Notes under the pieces: model-generated
What the model was told of the DNA's origin: nothing
Database searches by the model: none
Seen by the model: only the letters and a program-made list of their open reading frames with translations
In this document: piece by piece, positions 12,995 through 30,716 of the stretch
Layout of the letters: each line of letters starts with the position of its first letter
Position numbering within the stretch: the first letter of the stretch is position 1
DNA from: Eledone cirrhosa
Lineage: Eukaryota
Length of the DNA: 64,000 nucleotides
Assembly: GCA_964016885.1 (NCBI GenBank)
Contig: OZ024753.1
Location: 18,600,001 to 18,664,000, forward strand
Direction of reading: 5' to 3'
Made by a program: the position numbers and the translations under genes

Positions 12995-15900
12995 GTATCC
13001 CCCTTCCAGTGAGAAAGCTAAGATTGAACGAGCTACCTGTGTTGTTGAAGAAAATCAGTAAAAACAAAAAACACATGAAAGTCATTTACAAACAGGAGAA
13101 ATGAAAGAAAACATGCAAAGCAAAAGAAATTAACATGCAGGAAAATATACTGTGATGTTACATAAAATGGAAAATGTTCGTACGAAAAGTTTGTTGATTA
13201 AAGGTTCGTTCATTTCATAGAAACGGAAAAATGTTCTTTTGTCTGTTCTTTTGATGTGGGTGATGCACAGAGTTAATTGATTTGTGTGTAGCAATATTTC
13301 ATGACCACAGAAATTGGCCGATTCGTAGAAATGTACAAATTAGCCGAAATGTCGACCAGATGCATAATTTGTACTTACCCGATAAACTTGTACGTATCAC
13401 GTGGGCCATCGTACTGTTCTTCCGGATTTGGTGTGTCGCGGTTGTGCAGAATTTGTCGTGTTTGTGTCGGACAAAGTTGTTGGTGAGTCTGCTGGAGAAA
13501 CGGTGGGTACTGGTGGCAATTCCTGTTCTATGAACGCTTTTTTTAAACGATCAATGGAGACGGTATTTCGTTTCCCGTTCAAGCCGAGGACGAAATACTT
13601 AGGGCGTTTCTGTATCATCTTATAGGGCCCGGAATACGGCGGACGAAGTTGCGATGGAATACCGTCATTTCTAACGAAAACATGCGTCAATGTATCGATG
13701 TCTTTTGGTATGTGTGAAGTAACGTGCTGTTGTTTAGGGGCTGAAGGAGACAGATGCGACATCGATGACCGTAAACGGTGCCCATATTTTGTTGGGTCTG
13801 GAAGTTCTTGTGGCGAAACAGGAGCGATCATTTGTCCGGGTAGAGTGAGTACGGTGCCATACATCATTTCAGCCGGAGAATGTCCGACTCCCTCCTTAAC
13901 AGTGGAACGAATACCAAGAAGAATGAGTGGGAGGTATTCAAACCAGTTAGTGGAGTCTTCGTAGGCCTTGATAGATGATTTTAACTGGCGGTGTAAGCGT
14001 TCTACCATGCCGTTAGCGGCAGGGTGATACGCTGTTGTACGGATGTGTTTGCACCCGAGGAGACGTGTCAGCTCGGTAAAGAGGTGCGAATCGAACTGAC
14101 ATCCTCTATCCGTAGTGATGCTCGCTGGTGTGCCGAAACGCGAAACCCAGTGAAAGACTTGCGTTGTGGCGACAGTTTCCGCAGTAATATCCGTCAGAGG
14201 ATAAGCTTCTGGCCATCGAGAAAATCAGTCGACACAGGTGAGAAGATGAGTGTAGTTGTGAGAAGGAGGGAAAGGTCCAACAATGTCTATATGCACATGT
14301 TGGAACCGTGCATCAGGTGTTGCGAAAGAACCGATCGGGGCTTTGATATGCCGGTGAATTTTAGCCTTCTGGCACGCGATACAGTTCCTAGCCCATTCGC
14401 GGGTATCCTTGTTGATGTTGGGCCACACAAAGCGGGCAACCATAAGTTTCTGCGTGGCGCAGACGCCAAGATGTGCCAGAGAATGCAGTGCCGAGAAAAC
14501 GTCGCGTCGATGTTTCCGTGGCACGTATGGGCGCTCGTGGCCTGTGGAGATGTCGCACCAAATATAACCCGAATAAGAGGGCAGCGGGCATTCTTTCAAT
14601 TTCAAGGATGATTTCCGGAGTTGCAGCAGTTCCTCGTCATTCTATTGATCCGCTGCATTCCTCTGGAGGTCGATAGTGGCAGTGGTGTGGATTACGTTAA
14701 GCTCCATGCGCGATAGGGCATCAGCTGCTGTGTTGGTGGCACCCTTAATGTACCGAATATCAGTAGTGTTCTGAGAAATGAAGTCCAGATGTTGGACCTC
14801 CCTGGGTGAGTATCGGTCAGGCTTGGCATTGAACGCGTACACTAGTGGTTTGTGGTCGGTGTATATAGAAAACACACGACCTTCTAGCATGTGCCGAAAA
14901 TGCTTGACAGCAAGGTATGCTGCCAATAATTCACGACTGAATGTGCTGTTCTTAGTTTCGGCGGGATTTAATCGCTTAGAGAAAAAATATACAGGTCGCC
15001 AAATATCGCCAGAGAGTTGTTGAAGCACACCTCCAACTCCGAAATCGGATGCATCAGTCAATAAACACATTGGGGCGTCAGGTTTGGGGTAACTCATCAT
15101 TGTAGCCTCGGACAACATTTTCTTCAACTCAGCGAAAGCTGTACATTCTTTTTCGCTGAGCTTGATGTTTGCGTTTTTGGTTGTACGCTGCCACGGCAAA
15201 TCTGTGAGTGGCTGGGCTGTCTCTGCACAGTAGAGTAAATCTTCTGTAGAAGTTTACCAGGCCAAGAAATTCTCGCAGTTTGCGGAGAGATGTAGGTTGT
15301 AGAAAATCAATGATGGATTTGACTTTCTCCTTAAGTGGGCGAATACCATCTTTGTCAATGATGTGTCCCAGAAAATGAAGGGACGCAACTCCGAACTCAC
15401 ATTTGCTGGGGTTGATAACAATTCCGTATTCACGCAAACGTGTGAATAGGAGATCCAGGTGTTTCTCATTATCTTCATCGGAGCTGCTGGCCACCAGTAA
15501 GTCATCAATGTATGCGTATACAAAAGGTAGACCTCTGGTGACTCTATCGATGAATCGCTGGAATATCTGCGCTGCATTTCGCAAACCGAAAGGCATACGC
15601 AGAAATTCGAACATTCCAAAGGGTGTTGTGACTGCGGTCTTTGGAATATCTGCGGGCTCTACGGGTATCTGATTGTAAGCTCGCTCAAGATCGATCTTCG
15701 AAAATATGCGAGCCCCGTGCAGCGAGCTAGAGAAGTCCTGTAGATGAAGCACTGGATAAGAATCAGGAACGGTGCAGTTGTTCAGTGCACGGTAGTCGCC
15801 ACAGATTCGCCAGTCGTTCGACGACTTCTTGAGTACACAGTGTATGGGTGAGGACCAGTTGCTGCTGGACAGACGTATGATGCTGAGATCCAGCATGTGC

Positions 15901-17408
15901 TGAAATTCTTGTTTGACGGACTTCAGCCGGTCTGGTGGTAGCTTTCTAGGTCGTGCAGCGACAGGTGGGCCGTGTGTTTTTATGTGGTGTGTGACGTCAT
16001 GTTTTACAGGGCAAACGTTGAATAGTGGTCGAGCTACGTCTGGGTATTTGTTGATGATGTGGTTGTGCCGGGTTGTTGTTGTCGATCGTGAAATGACTGG
16101 ACTGACTGTGGGTGTCATAGCGACTATCCCGCGCACAGCGAGACCAGTGGAGTTGTCAACGAGACGTTGGTTTTTCAGATTCACTAGAAGCGAGAAGTGC
16201 TGAAAAAAATCAGCTCCTAAAATAGGGGTCGGCAGCTCAGCCACAACGAATACCCACTGGAAAGTGCGGCGTAGACCCAAATTTAGTGTCAGGGACTGTT
16301 CTCCGTAGGTCGGAATATGTGAGTGATTCACCGCCTGGAGCCAGACTGGTGTCTCTCTCTTTTTCCAGGAACGCAGGAAACCGGGATGATGCTCACTTCA
16401 GCACCGGTGTCAACCAGGAAACGCATGCCTGTGACGCGATCCTGAATGAAAAATAGGCGACTTTGGTTATGAGGGCCAGAAACGTTCGTCGCATTCAGTT
16501 TCTAGCTGTGTCGTTTCCCTGATTCGTTTTCGAAACAAATGAACAGGGATGGTTGCACTTTTGCGCTCGTCTCCCGAATGTTTGGTGGTACCAACACATT
16601 TCTGGTGAATCCCGAGATGCGCTCGGACTTCTTGAGCGACCACCAAATCGGCGAGTTCGACTGTTGGACCGACGCGTGGCCGGGTTGCCCAGTGACAAGG
16701 CCTGAATTTGTTGCGTCAAGGCCTGTATCTGTGTTGCTTGCTGTGCGAGTAACTGGTGTAGATCGGGCATCTCTGTGGCACTGGAGGGCTGAAGGAAAGG
16801 ATTGGTTGAAGGCACGGCTGGCGTCACATTCGCTATTTTTGAGTGCGGATGTGGTACCTCCATGATCTTATCTGCCAGCTCGGCGTGTTGTTCTATGATG
16901 GTGGACTCCCTGGTGGATGCTAGTACAACTTGTGTGGCAGAAGGTAAACGCTGGAGGAAGAGTTGCTTGAAAATTTCATCCAGGAGTTCTCCCAAGAGCT
17001 GCTTCATTCGCCGTAGGAGTTGTGTCGGGTTTTTATCTCCTAATTCCTCCGATATGAGGAGCTGGTGCAAGCGCTTCTGCTGCGACTCCGACGTCCGCTT
17101 AACTAATGTTCTTTTAAATGTGTCAAATGTGTCACCACAGAGCCGGGTGGTGCTAAAATGAGGTCTCGAACCTCATTCATAATCTCCGGAGACATCGATA
17201 CGATGAGATGTGTGAGACGGGATGCCTCGCTAACGATCCGGTTCAATGCGAACTGCGCTTCGATGTGCGCGAACCACAGTGTTGGATCGTGCACCCAGAA
17301 TGGTGGAATCCTTAATGTCGCCCTGACTGCCATTTCTGCCGTAGATGAATCGTCGTGTGCTAGAGACATCGTTTGTTGTGGATGATCAGAAGGTTGTGTG
17401 TCTGTTTT

Positions 17409-17420
17409 ACGGGGTCACCA
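17409..17420 (-). promoter_or_regulatory. Primer-binding site, tRNA-Trp type
   Basis: TGGTGACCCCG begins 2 nt after the 5' LTR. It matches the start of the known tRNA-Trp PBS TGGTGACCCCGACG. Confidence 0.75.
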
Positions 17421-17422
17421 GT

Positions 17423-17826
17423 TGTAACGGAATATTATGTGTGGTTGTAACGATAACTGGATGGATTAATGTAACTGTTGGTATGGTGGTTTCGATGTAA
17501 AGAAAAATACCAGGATTGTGTTGTTACAAAGTTTATTTTATTATAACAATATTGAATTTGAATATTGAATGATAAAATCAATAACACTAAATATTCATAC
17601 AATAATTTGGTGGCTCTTCGAGCCACGTAAATTCAAGTATCACAGAATACGATTATAATATAGTTTGTATTGTATCAGAAAGGTACAGTATGTGTAAACA
17701 GAAAGGAATGGTGCTTGTACAAATGCTGAACTCACTATGAATGCGTGTGTGCGTATCAGTATATTTTACTTGTTTGTATTGCAGGAGTCAGCGATCAGCC
17801 AGGAAGGTGAGAATAAATGGCAGACT
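17423..17826 (-). repeat. 5' LTR, truncated at its outer end
   Basis: Matches 12294-12674 apart from a ~20-bp indel. Inner end ...CCGTTACA. Confidence 0.88.
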
Positions 17827-17830
17827 CTAA

Positions 17831-17919
<89 letters not shown>

Positions 17920-17974
17920 GTTATAGAACCAAAAAATTGCTTATTGTCATCCAGTTCTTGGTTAAGAAACCCAC

Positions 17975-18391
17975 CTACCTGAAACCTGTCCATTACATAA
18001 TGAATGTATGCAGTCTAACCTGGTGTACCAATGCCCAGTGGAATCAGACAACCAGAAATGGTATTACATCGGAGCGACTGGGAATACTTTTAAAGCCCGT
18101 TGGTATACACACCGTTACGCAATGAAACATTCCCAGCATCGTTATGTAACTATCCTTGCAAACAAGACCTGGCAACTGACGGAAAGTAACCATCAATACA
18201 CCCTGAAGTGGAAAACATTATCGAACGCGCCCCCATATCGTTGTGGTATGAGAAGCTGTCGATTATGCGACCTTGAGCTGTTCCACATCTTGAGTTCGAA
18301 GAATAAGTTACTCAACAATAAAATCGAAAGATCAATTTATTGTAACCATAGACTCAAAGAGAAGTTTTCGCAATACAATTCGAACCCTTAA
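17975..18391 (+). pseudogene. PLE 3' fragment: GIY-YIG endonuclease
   Basis: TCPLHNEC...LVYQC...YYIGATGNTFKARWYTH...CRLCDLE...LLN...CNHR. Confidence 0.88.
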
Positions 18392-18740
18392 CCTCTTACT
18401 ACCAACTGACAAACTGCATATACTTAGACTTTATACCTTCTTGTTGTATCTAAACCCTTTTAATTACCCACAAAACCAATTATATTATATAAAACGTCAT
18501 TCCACTTCTATTTCTTTGTTTTCTTCCTTCCTTCCCTCCCCTTCTTGGCTATCTTTTCTTTTCTTCTTTCTCACCCCCTTCTTTGCTTATATTTTTGTCA
18601 TTATTATCTTTATATTTATTTTATATATATATATATATTTATCTCTTTATATCTCCCCCCTCTCTCTCTCCCTCTCTATCCCTCCCTCCCACTACTATGA
18701 TCAATTTAATTCTCTTTAACTCACTACATTCCACGACATG

Positions 18741-18946
18741 AAGTTAAACAGTTTAACATTTTTAAGGTTGCGAGGTTTAAGCAAAGAAAGAGTCTTTTAT
18801 GAAGACATTTAAATTTTATTATAGATGCTGTTTGACGGCTAAACAAAGACATAATCTTTACTCTATAATAAAATTTAAGTGTCTTCATGAAAGATTCTTT
18901 CTTCGTTTAAACCTCGCACACTTAAACATGTTAAACTGTTTAACTT
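18741..18946. repeat. Inverted repeat, ~85-bp arms, ~36-nt spacer
   Basis: aagttaaacagtttaacat...ttataga / tctataa...atgttaaactgtttaactt. Confidence 0.85.
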
Positions 18947-19419
18947 TAAATTTTCTAATTTCTTTAATTTTATAATGTTAATATTAAATATTAATTTTTT
19001 AACTTCATCCTATAAGTCTAAACAAAAATGTAACGTTCCAATCTTCTGCTCACACATTGTAACATACTGACCCCCACTATATTTACCTCTGCTAAGATAC
19101 GGGTCCCTTTGAAAATATTTTTTTCGCGCCACTCCTGGCCTGACTATATTCTGACATTAATATCGACCTCTCTTCCTCTTTCTTTCTATTTTTCTTCTTG
19201 TAGCCACCAACCCAGACTTTTCTTCTTCTTCCTTTTCTTCCTTCTCTTCTCCCTTCTTTCTGTATTACTCCTTGTGCCATGATATTAACGCTGACTTATC
19301 TTCCTCCCCCTTTTTGTTTGCCTATATTTGACCGGTAGTAGTTGTTAAGATTCGGGTCCCTTAGAATAACATATTTTTGATGTGGTATCACTGTACCCAT
19401 CCATTAACATTGATTTTGC

Positions 19420-21046
19420 TGTGGAATAATGTGTGGAGAGGATCATTGAGAGTGAGGTGGAGTTCTGCGACGTCGACACAGACGAACTGGGCCTCCTGCT
19501 TAGACTTACCTACGACACTGACTACCTAGACAGCCATGACCTTAGACGTGTCTGCCCTAATAGACCCATAAGGGGTAGACCCCCCACCTTAACCTCAAAG
19601 GCTAAAAAGACTCCCATGGAAGGTGGATTGGGTGGAACAAAGCTATACGGACCCCCCAAAACAATGATCAGGTAAGAAAAATGGTCGCACACGCAATAGG
19701 GGCTAGTATCAAAACTACCCTAAAGGGCCACATATTCAAGTTCAACGAGAAGATCTACACCCAAAATGAGGGAGCAGCCATTGGCGTCAGCAAAGCTGGT
19801 GATGTTGCCAACCTTTTTATGGTAGGTGGGAAAGGATATTTAAAGATCTCCTTAATGAGAGCTCCATAGACCTCATCATGTACTCTCGTTACGTAGACGA
19901 TATCAATATAGTTATAAGAACATCCCCACTAGAGAGCACTAACAAGTTTGATTTAGAACGTAGCACAATGGAAAGCATCTAGCAGATAGCTAATTCCATA
20001 CACCAGAGTATAACTGTAACTATCGACTACCCTTCCAAACACCCTAACAATAGACTACTTGTATTAGACACGGAACTCTGGATTAACACTATAGACGAGA
20101 GAGACCAAATTCTCCACTCACACTATGCTAAACCCATGGCCTCCAAATACCTGATACTCAAAAGCTCAGCAATGTCCAGTAGTGCTAAGTATAATATTCT
20201 GATCGCAGATTTGGTACGAGTGATGAAGAATGTGTCCCGCATGTGCGACCCAACAGAAATTGAAAGACACATCCAACACTTCATCAACCGCATGCAGTTC
20301 TCTGGCTACAACCAAAGAGACAGAGTCAGAGTATACGAAGGAGACATGGAAAAGTATAAGACCCTCATAGAACTGGACATGAAAGGAATTTGCCCACTAT
20401 ACAGGAACAAATCATGGAATAGCTTAGATAGGACTAGACATAAGATAGGGAAAGCCACCTCATGGTACGACAACCAGAGATACGCGAGTGTCATGTTTGT
20501 GGACGCTACCCCTGGAGGGAAATTAGATAACCAGAGTAGAAAGGCCCTGAGAAAGACCCACTTAAAGATTAAGTTGGTAGAAAAGCCAGGAACCACCATA
20601 AAATCCCTGATCAGCAAAACCTACCCTTTTAAGAAAACCCACTGTACCAATAGGAAATGTATCATATGTAAGGTAAACCCCCGGATAAACTGTAAAACTA
20701 GAAACGTAGCCTATAGCATAAGATGTACAGAGGGTACTTGCAGAAACATGACAACAACATACATAGGCGAGACAGCTCATAGCATAGGTGAAAGGATAGA
20801 CCAACACTGGGGGGAACTAAAACGACGAAAAAACGATTGTCAGTACTTTACGAACATGCCAGACAACAAGATCGTAAAATAGACAAAAAAAAAATTAGAA
20901 TAATATCTAAAAATAGAAATGACCCAGCAGATAGGCAAATCAGAGAGGCCAGTGAAATAGAACTTAGAAGGCCATGGCTAAAGAGAAAGGATGAATGGAA
21001 TAACAACAACACCCAAACAAACAACACTGACCCAAGAGAAGTATAA
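19420..21046 (+). pseudogene. Degenerate PLE of a different clade (Neptune/Poseidon-like): RT C-terminal half, thumb and GIY-YIG
   Basis: Motifs YTQNEGAAIG, YSRYVDDIN, HYAKPMASK, RMQFSGY, FVDATPGG, C..C..C..NVAYSIRC..YIGET..RIDQH. Several stops and frameshifts. Confidence 0.8.
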
Positions 21047-21066
21047 ATAAATAAATAAATAAATAA

Positions 21067-21139
<73 letters not shown>

Positions 21140-21169
21140 TATATATATATATATATATATAAATATATA

Positions 21170-21207
<38 letters not shown>

Positions 21208-21220
21208 TATATATATATAT

Positions 21221-22335
21221 AATAGGATATGTGTTCCTACACGCACAAAACGCCAAGGGACACATCTCTTGTCCAAACATATGCCAATGTGGTTCAATGG
21301 CAGGTTAATAAATTAACGAGCCAGAACATATATAATCAGGTTTAGCAAATAATGAAAAAGTTTCAAAATAAATTTTAAAAAATTGACTTTACTTACTATA
21401 GTTAATTTTACCGAATCGGTTTCGAATGGTTGGACAATACATGTGTCCCTTAGCGCTTTGTGCGTGTAGGAACACATATCCTATTATTACTAAACTCCTC
21501 TATGTTGAGAAAAAAATTTGGTCGTTCCGACTGCTGCTAGTGATAGTGGTGACCGTTTGACCTACCTCCCTCTGCTTCTATCTTTACTTCGGCCCTTGAA
21601 AAAATTGATTCCACTTCATTTAGTCTTATCTCGGGAACAGTTTTGCATAGCGCTAGTTCGTAATTTAAATTCAAGAATTTTATATTCTTCGAATGAAAAG
21701 AACATTCTGACGAGAATCTTTCTTTGCAACGAAGGCCGTATGGTCTCCGTTTATTTTTGAGATTCGAAACAGATTCGGTAAAGGTAACTATAGTAAGTAA
21801 AGTCAATTTTTTAAAATTTATTTTGAAACTTTTTCATTATTTGCTAAACCTCATTATATATCTTCTGGCTCGTTAATTTATTATCTGCCATTGAACCACA
21901 TTGGCATATCGTTGGACAATACATGTGTCCCTTAGCGCTTTGTGCGTGTAGGAACACATATCCTATTATTACTAAACTCCTCTATGTTGAGAAAAAAATT
22001 TGGTCGTTCCGACTGCTGCTAGTGATAGAGGTGGCCGTTTGACCTACCTCCCTCTGCCTCTATCTTTACTTCGGCCCATTGAAAAAATTGATTCCACTTC
22101 ATTTACTCTCATCTCGGGAACAGTTTCGGATAGCGCTAGTTCGTAATTTAAATTCAAGAATTTTATATTCTTCGAATGAAAAGAACCTTCTGACGAGAAT
22201 CTTTCTTTGCAACGAAGGCCGTAAGGTCTCAGTTTATTTTTGAGATTCGAAACCGATTCGGTAAAGGTAACTATAGTAAGTAACGTCAATTTTTTAAAAT
22301 TTATTTTGAAACTTTTTCATTATTTGCTAAACCTG

Positions 22336-22338
<3 letters not shown>
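21221..22338 (+). repeat. 482-bp tandem repeat (~1.9 units), one hammerhead per unit (21702-21785, 22185-22268), preceded by an inverted fragment 21221-21427
   Basis: tggacaatac at 21431 and 21913. Motif acctt-CTGACGA-gaatct...agattc-GAA-ACCGA-T-TCGGT-A-aaggt. Confidence 0.82.
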
Positions 22339-26336
<3,998 letters not shown>

Positions 26337-29308
26337 TGTAGGAGGTGAGTTTTATTGTAGTACAATAAAGCAATGCAGATATCGGATAAGAAGCACTCTA
26401 CAGTTTGTGGGACTGGAGTATGCATAATATAAGATCAAAAGATGGTTAAAGGAGTTCAATATATTTTATTATGCGCATTTCAAAAACAAACATCATCAAA
26501 CAATAATATTTGTGTTTTCATCAGATAAAACAGGAGAACATGATATGAAGGCTAAGAAAACACTTGTTGATAGTGCAGTTTTAAATCAACATATGAAAAG
26601 TGGTTTTAGATTGATGTGTGATATTGGGAAAAATATTTTATTTAGAGAGGGGGGGGGAAGGATGAAAAGGGAAGGAGATGAGAGGGAGAGATGGGTGATA
26701 GAGAGAAAGAGATAGTTTTTATAACAGAGAGGAGATATATTTTATATAGAGGGGTTGAAAACCGTTGGAAGATACTGTATAAATTAAAAATTTTAAAAAT
26801 TAACGAAGGGAGGATATGTGCGAGGAAAAAATATATTATATTTAGGGAGGGGTGGGGGTGTAAAGGATGAAAAAAAGGGAGGAGATGAGAGTGAAGGTGG
26901 AAAGGGAGAGATGGGTGATAGAGAGAAAGAGATAGTTTTTATAACTGAGAAAAAGATATAATGTTTTAATATAGAGAGGTTGGGAACCGTTGGAAGATAA
27001 TGTATAAATTAAAGGAATTTGAAAATTAACGAAGGGAAATTATGTATGAAGATAGAGAGAAAAAAATAATAATTGTGGGTGAATATTCTAACGTCAAAAG
27101 AAGAAATGTATGTATTGTGGGAATTTCAAAATTAACAAAGAGAAAAAAAGTTTATGTGTAGAAGGATTTGAGAAAAATAATGTGAAGTTAAAGTTTGTAT
27201 ATTGAATTCATATGTATTAATAATGAGTTCGTTGATGGGGAGAAAAAAATAATAATAAATTAAGGATGAAATTGAGATTAAAAAGATTTATGATAGAGAG
27301 AAAAAATAATAATGATTGCGGATGAATACTCAAAATGTCAAAAACAAATGTTATTGTTTTACGAGAAGATAGAATGAGGGTAATGAGTAAACGAGTATTG
27401 TAGAGTGTATAATGCCCTTTAAAGTAAGGTAGATGGGTATATTTTAAAGAATATATGAGTATATATTAAAAAAAAATATAATAATAAATTAAGGATGAAA
27501 TTGAGATTAAAAAGATTTATGATAGAGAGAAAAAATAATAATGATTGCGGATGAATATTCAAGATGTCAAAAACAAATGTTATTGTTTTACGAGAAGATA
27601 GAATGAGGGTAATGAGTAAACGAGTATTATAGAGTGTATAATGCCCTTTAAAGTAAGGTAGATGGGTATATTTTAAAGAGGTGTATGTATATGTGCCTTT
27701 GAGAAAAGATTCTAAATTGATAAAGAATTGAATATTAACTGTATACTTTGTGAAAAGTTCTATGGAATTTATGCAGGCAGATAGAAAACAAATCTGAACG
27801 TCTATTTATTATGGATTCTAGGTTAGAGATAATGGTAAATTTTTCATTTAGGCAGAGATTACAGATTTTAGATAGAGAGCTGTTCAAGTATGAGGATGCA
27901 GAAGAAATCTTTTTCCAAAGGATGTTATATTTAATGTTTTTGTCTTTTAAGGACCATATGAGTTCTGAGAGAGCAGTGTTAGTTCTTTTAAGTTTGTATT
28001 TGAAAGATGAATGATGATTATAGAGACGAGCTTTAAAAGAGGTGGAAGTGGAGCCAAAATAGGTGAAGGAATTGGTGCTAGTTATAATTTTACATTCATA
28101 AATGAAGTTTTTATCGAGGCAATGGTTGTTGAGAGGACATTTATTTTTAATGCGGCAGTTGCAATTAGAGAGATTATTAATGAGTGATCTAGTGTTATCT
28201 ATAGAAGGAATTGGATTGGAGAAGTTGTTTGCGATAGGAATAATAGGAATAATAGTTTCTTGATTTAGAGTTGGATTATGAACATTTAGCGAAGTTGTGT
28301 TTGACGTTGCATTTGGGTTTACAGAAGTTAGCCTAGGGTTTACAATGACGTCAGGAGTACTATTATTGTTATTATGAGATTCAATATTGGAAGGAAGAGA
28401 TTTAGTATTTAATATTTTGTTGTTGTGTTTAGAAATGATGTTGGAAATATTGGAGGATGTAGAATACGAAAATTTGATGGTGTGTTTGTTAAATATTTTA
28501 CTATAGATATGTGAGGGAGGGAAGCATTTATTTAAGGCACTAAAAAATAATTTAGGAATATTGTTATTAATAGAGATGGAGAAAGGAGCATTATACCAGA
28601 TTATGTTTTTGTATCTAGGTCTTTTATTAAAATTATTGGAATGGTTATGATTAAATATTCTACTGTAAGTTTTCCTAGAATTTGTTTCTTTATTATATTT
28701 GATTTTATCTGGATAGCCGGCTTTAGAAAGTGCGTTATTATAGTAATTGGCGTTAGCATCAAAGATGTTTTTATTAGAAGATATGTTAGATATTCTATTT
28801 CCAATATTATTAACTATAGCATTCTTGATATTGGTAGGATGGTTAGATTTAAAGTTAACATAATTAAGATTCTCATTGTTTTTATGGTAAGGGTAATATA
28901 GGCCAGTGTCAAGATTAAGAGATACATCCAAGAAATTAGCTAGTTTGATACTATTATCAAATTCAATTTTTAGGTTATGTTGGTTTCTCCCCCCCCCTCT
29001 CTAAATAAAATATTTTTCCCAATATCACACATCAATCTAAAACCACTTTTCATATGTTGATTTAAAACTGCACTATCAACAAGTGTTTTTTAGCCTTCAT
29101 ATCATGTTCTCCTGTTTTATCTGATGAAAACACAAATATTATTGTTTGATGATGTTTGTTTTTGAAATGCGTATAATAAAATATATGGAACTCCTTTAAC
29201 CATCTTTTGATCTTATATTATGCATACTCCAGTCCCACAAACTGTAGAGTGCTTCTTATCCGATATCTGCATTGCTTTATTGTACTACAATAAAACTCAC
29301 CTCCTACA
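26337..29308 (-). mobile_element. Family A PLE, 5'-truncated (thumb + GIY-YIG ORF 27735-28931), with ~320-bp inverted terminal repeats
   Basis: Motifs FLDVSL, SNHP, WYNAPFS, CNC..KCPLNNHC, FIY..YFGST, CNLC. 28986-29308 is the reverse complement of 26339-26660. Hammerheads in both repeats. Confidence 0.92.

Positions 29309-30716
<1,408 letters not shown>

Larger units (their letters stand above)
12294..17826 (-). mobile_element. Ty3/Gypsy LTR retrotransposon, decayed (multiple frameshifts)
   Basis: Order gag (17369-16495; PPFW..DP.LWF, CWYH..FG..A.KC), protease ([11 protein letters not shown] ~16420), RT (YIDD), RNase H (TDASD), integrase ([23 protein letters not shown]). LTR pair present. 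Confidence 0.95.

Noticed and set aside
13282-17385. Plus-strand ORFs overlapping the Gypsy internal region
   Set aside because: Antisense shadows of GC-richer gag-pol sequence with no recognisable motifs.
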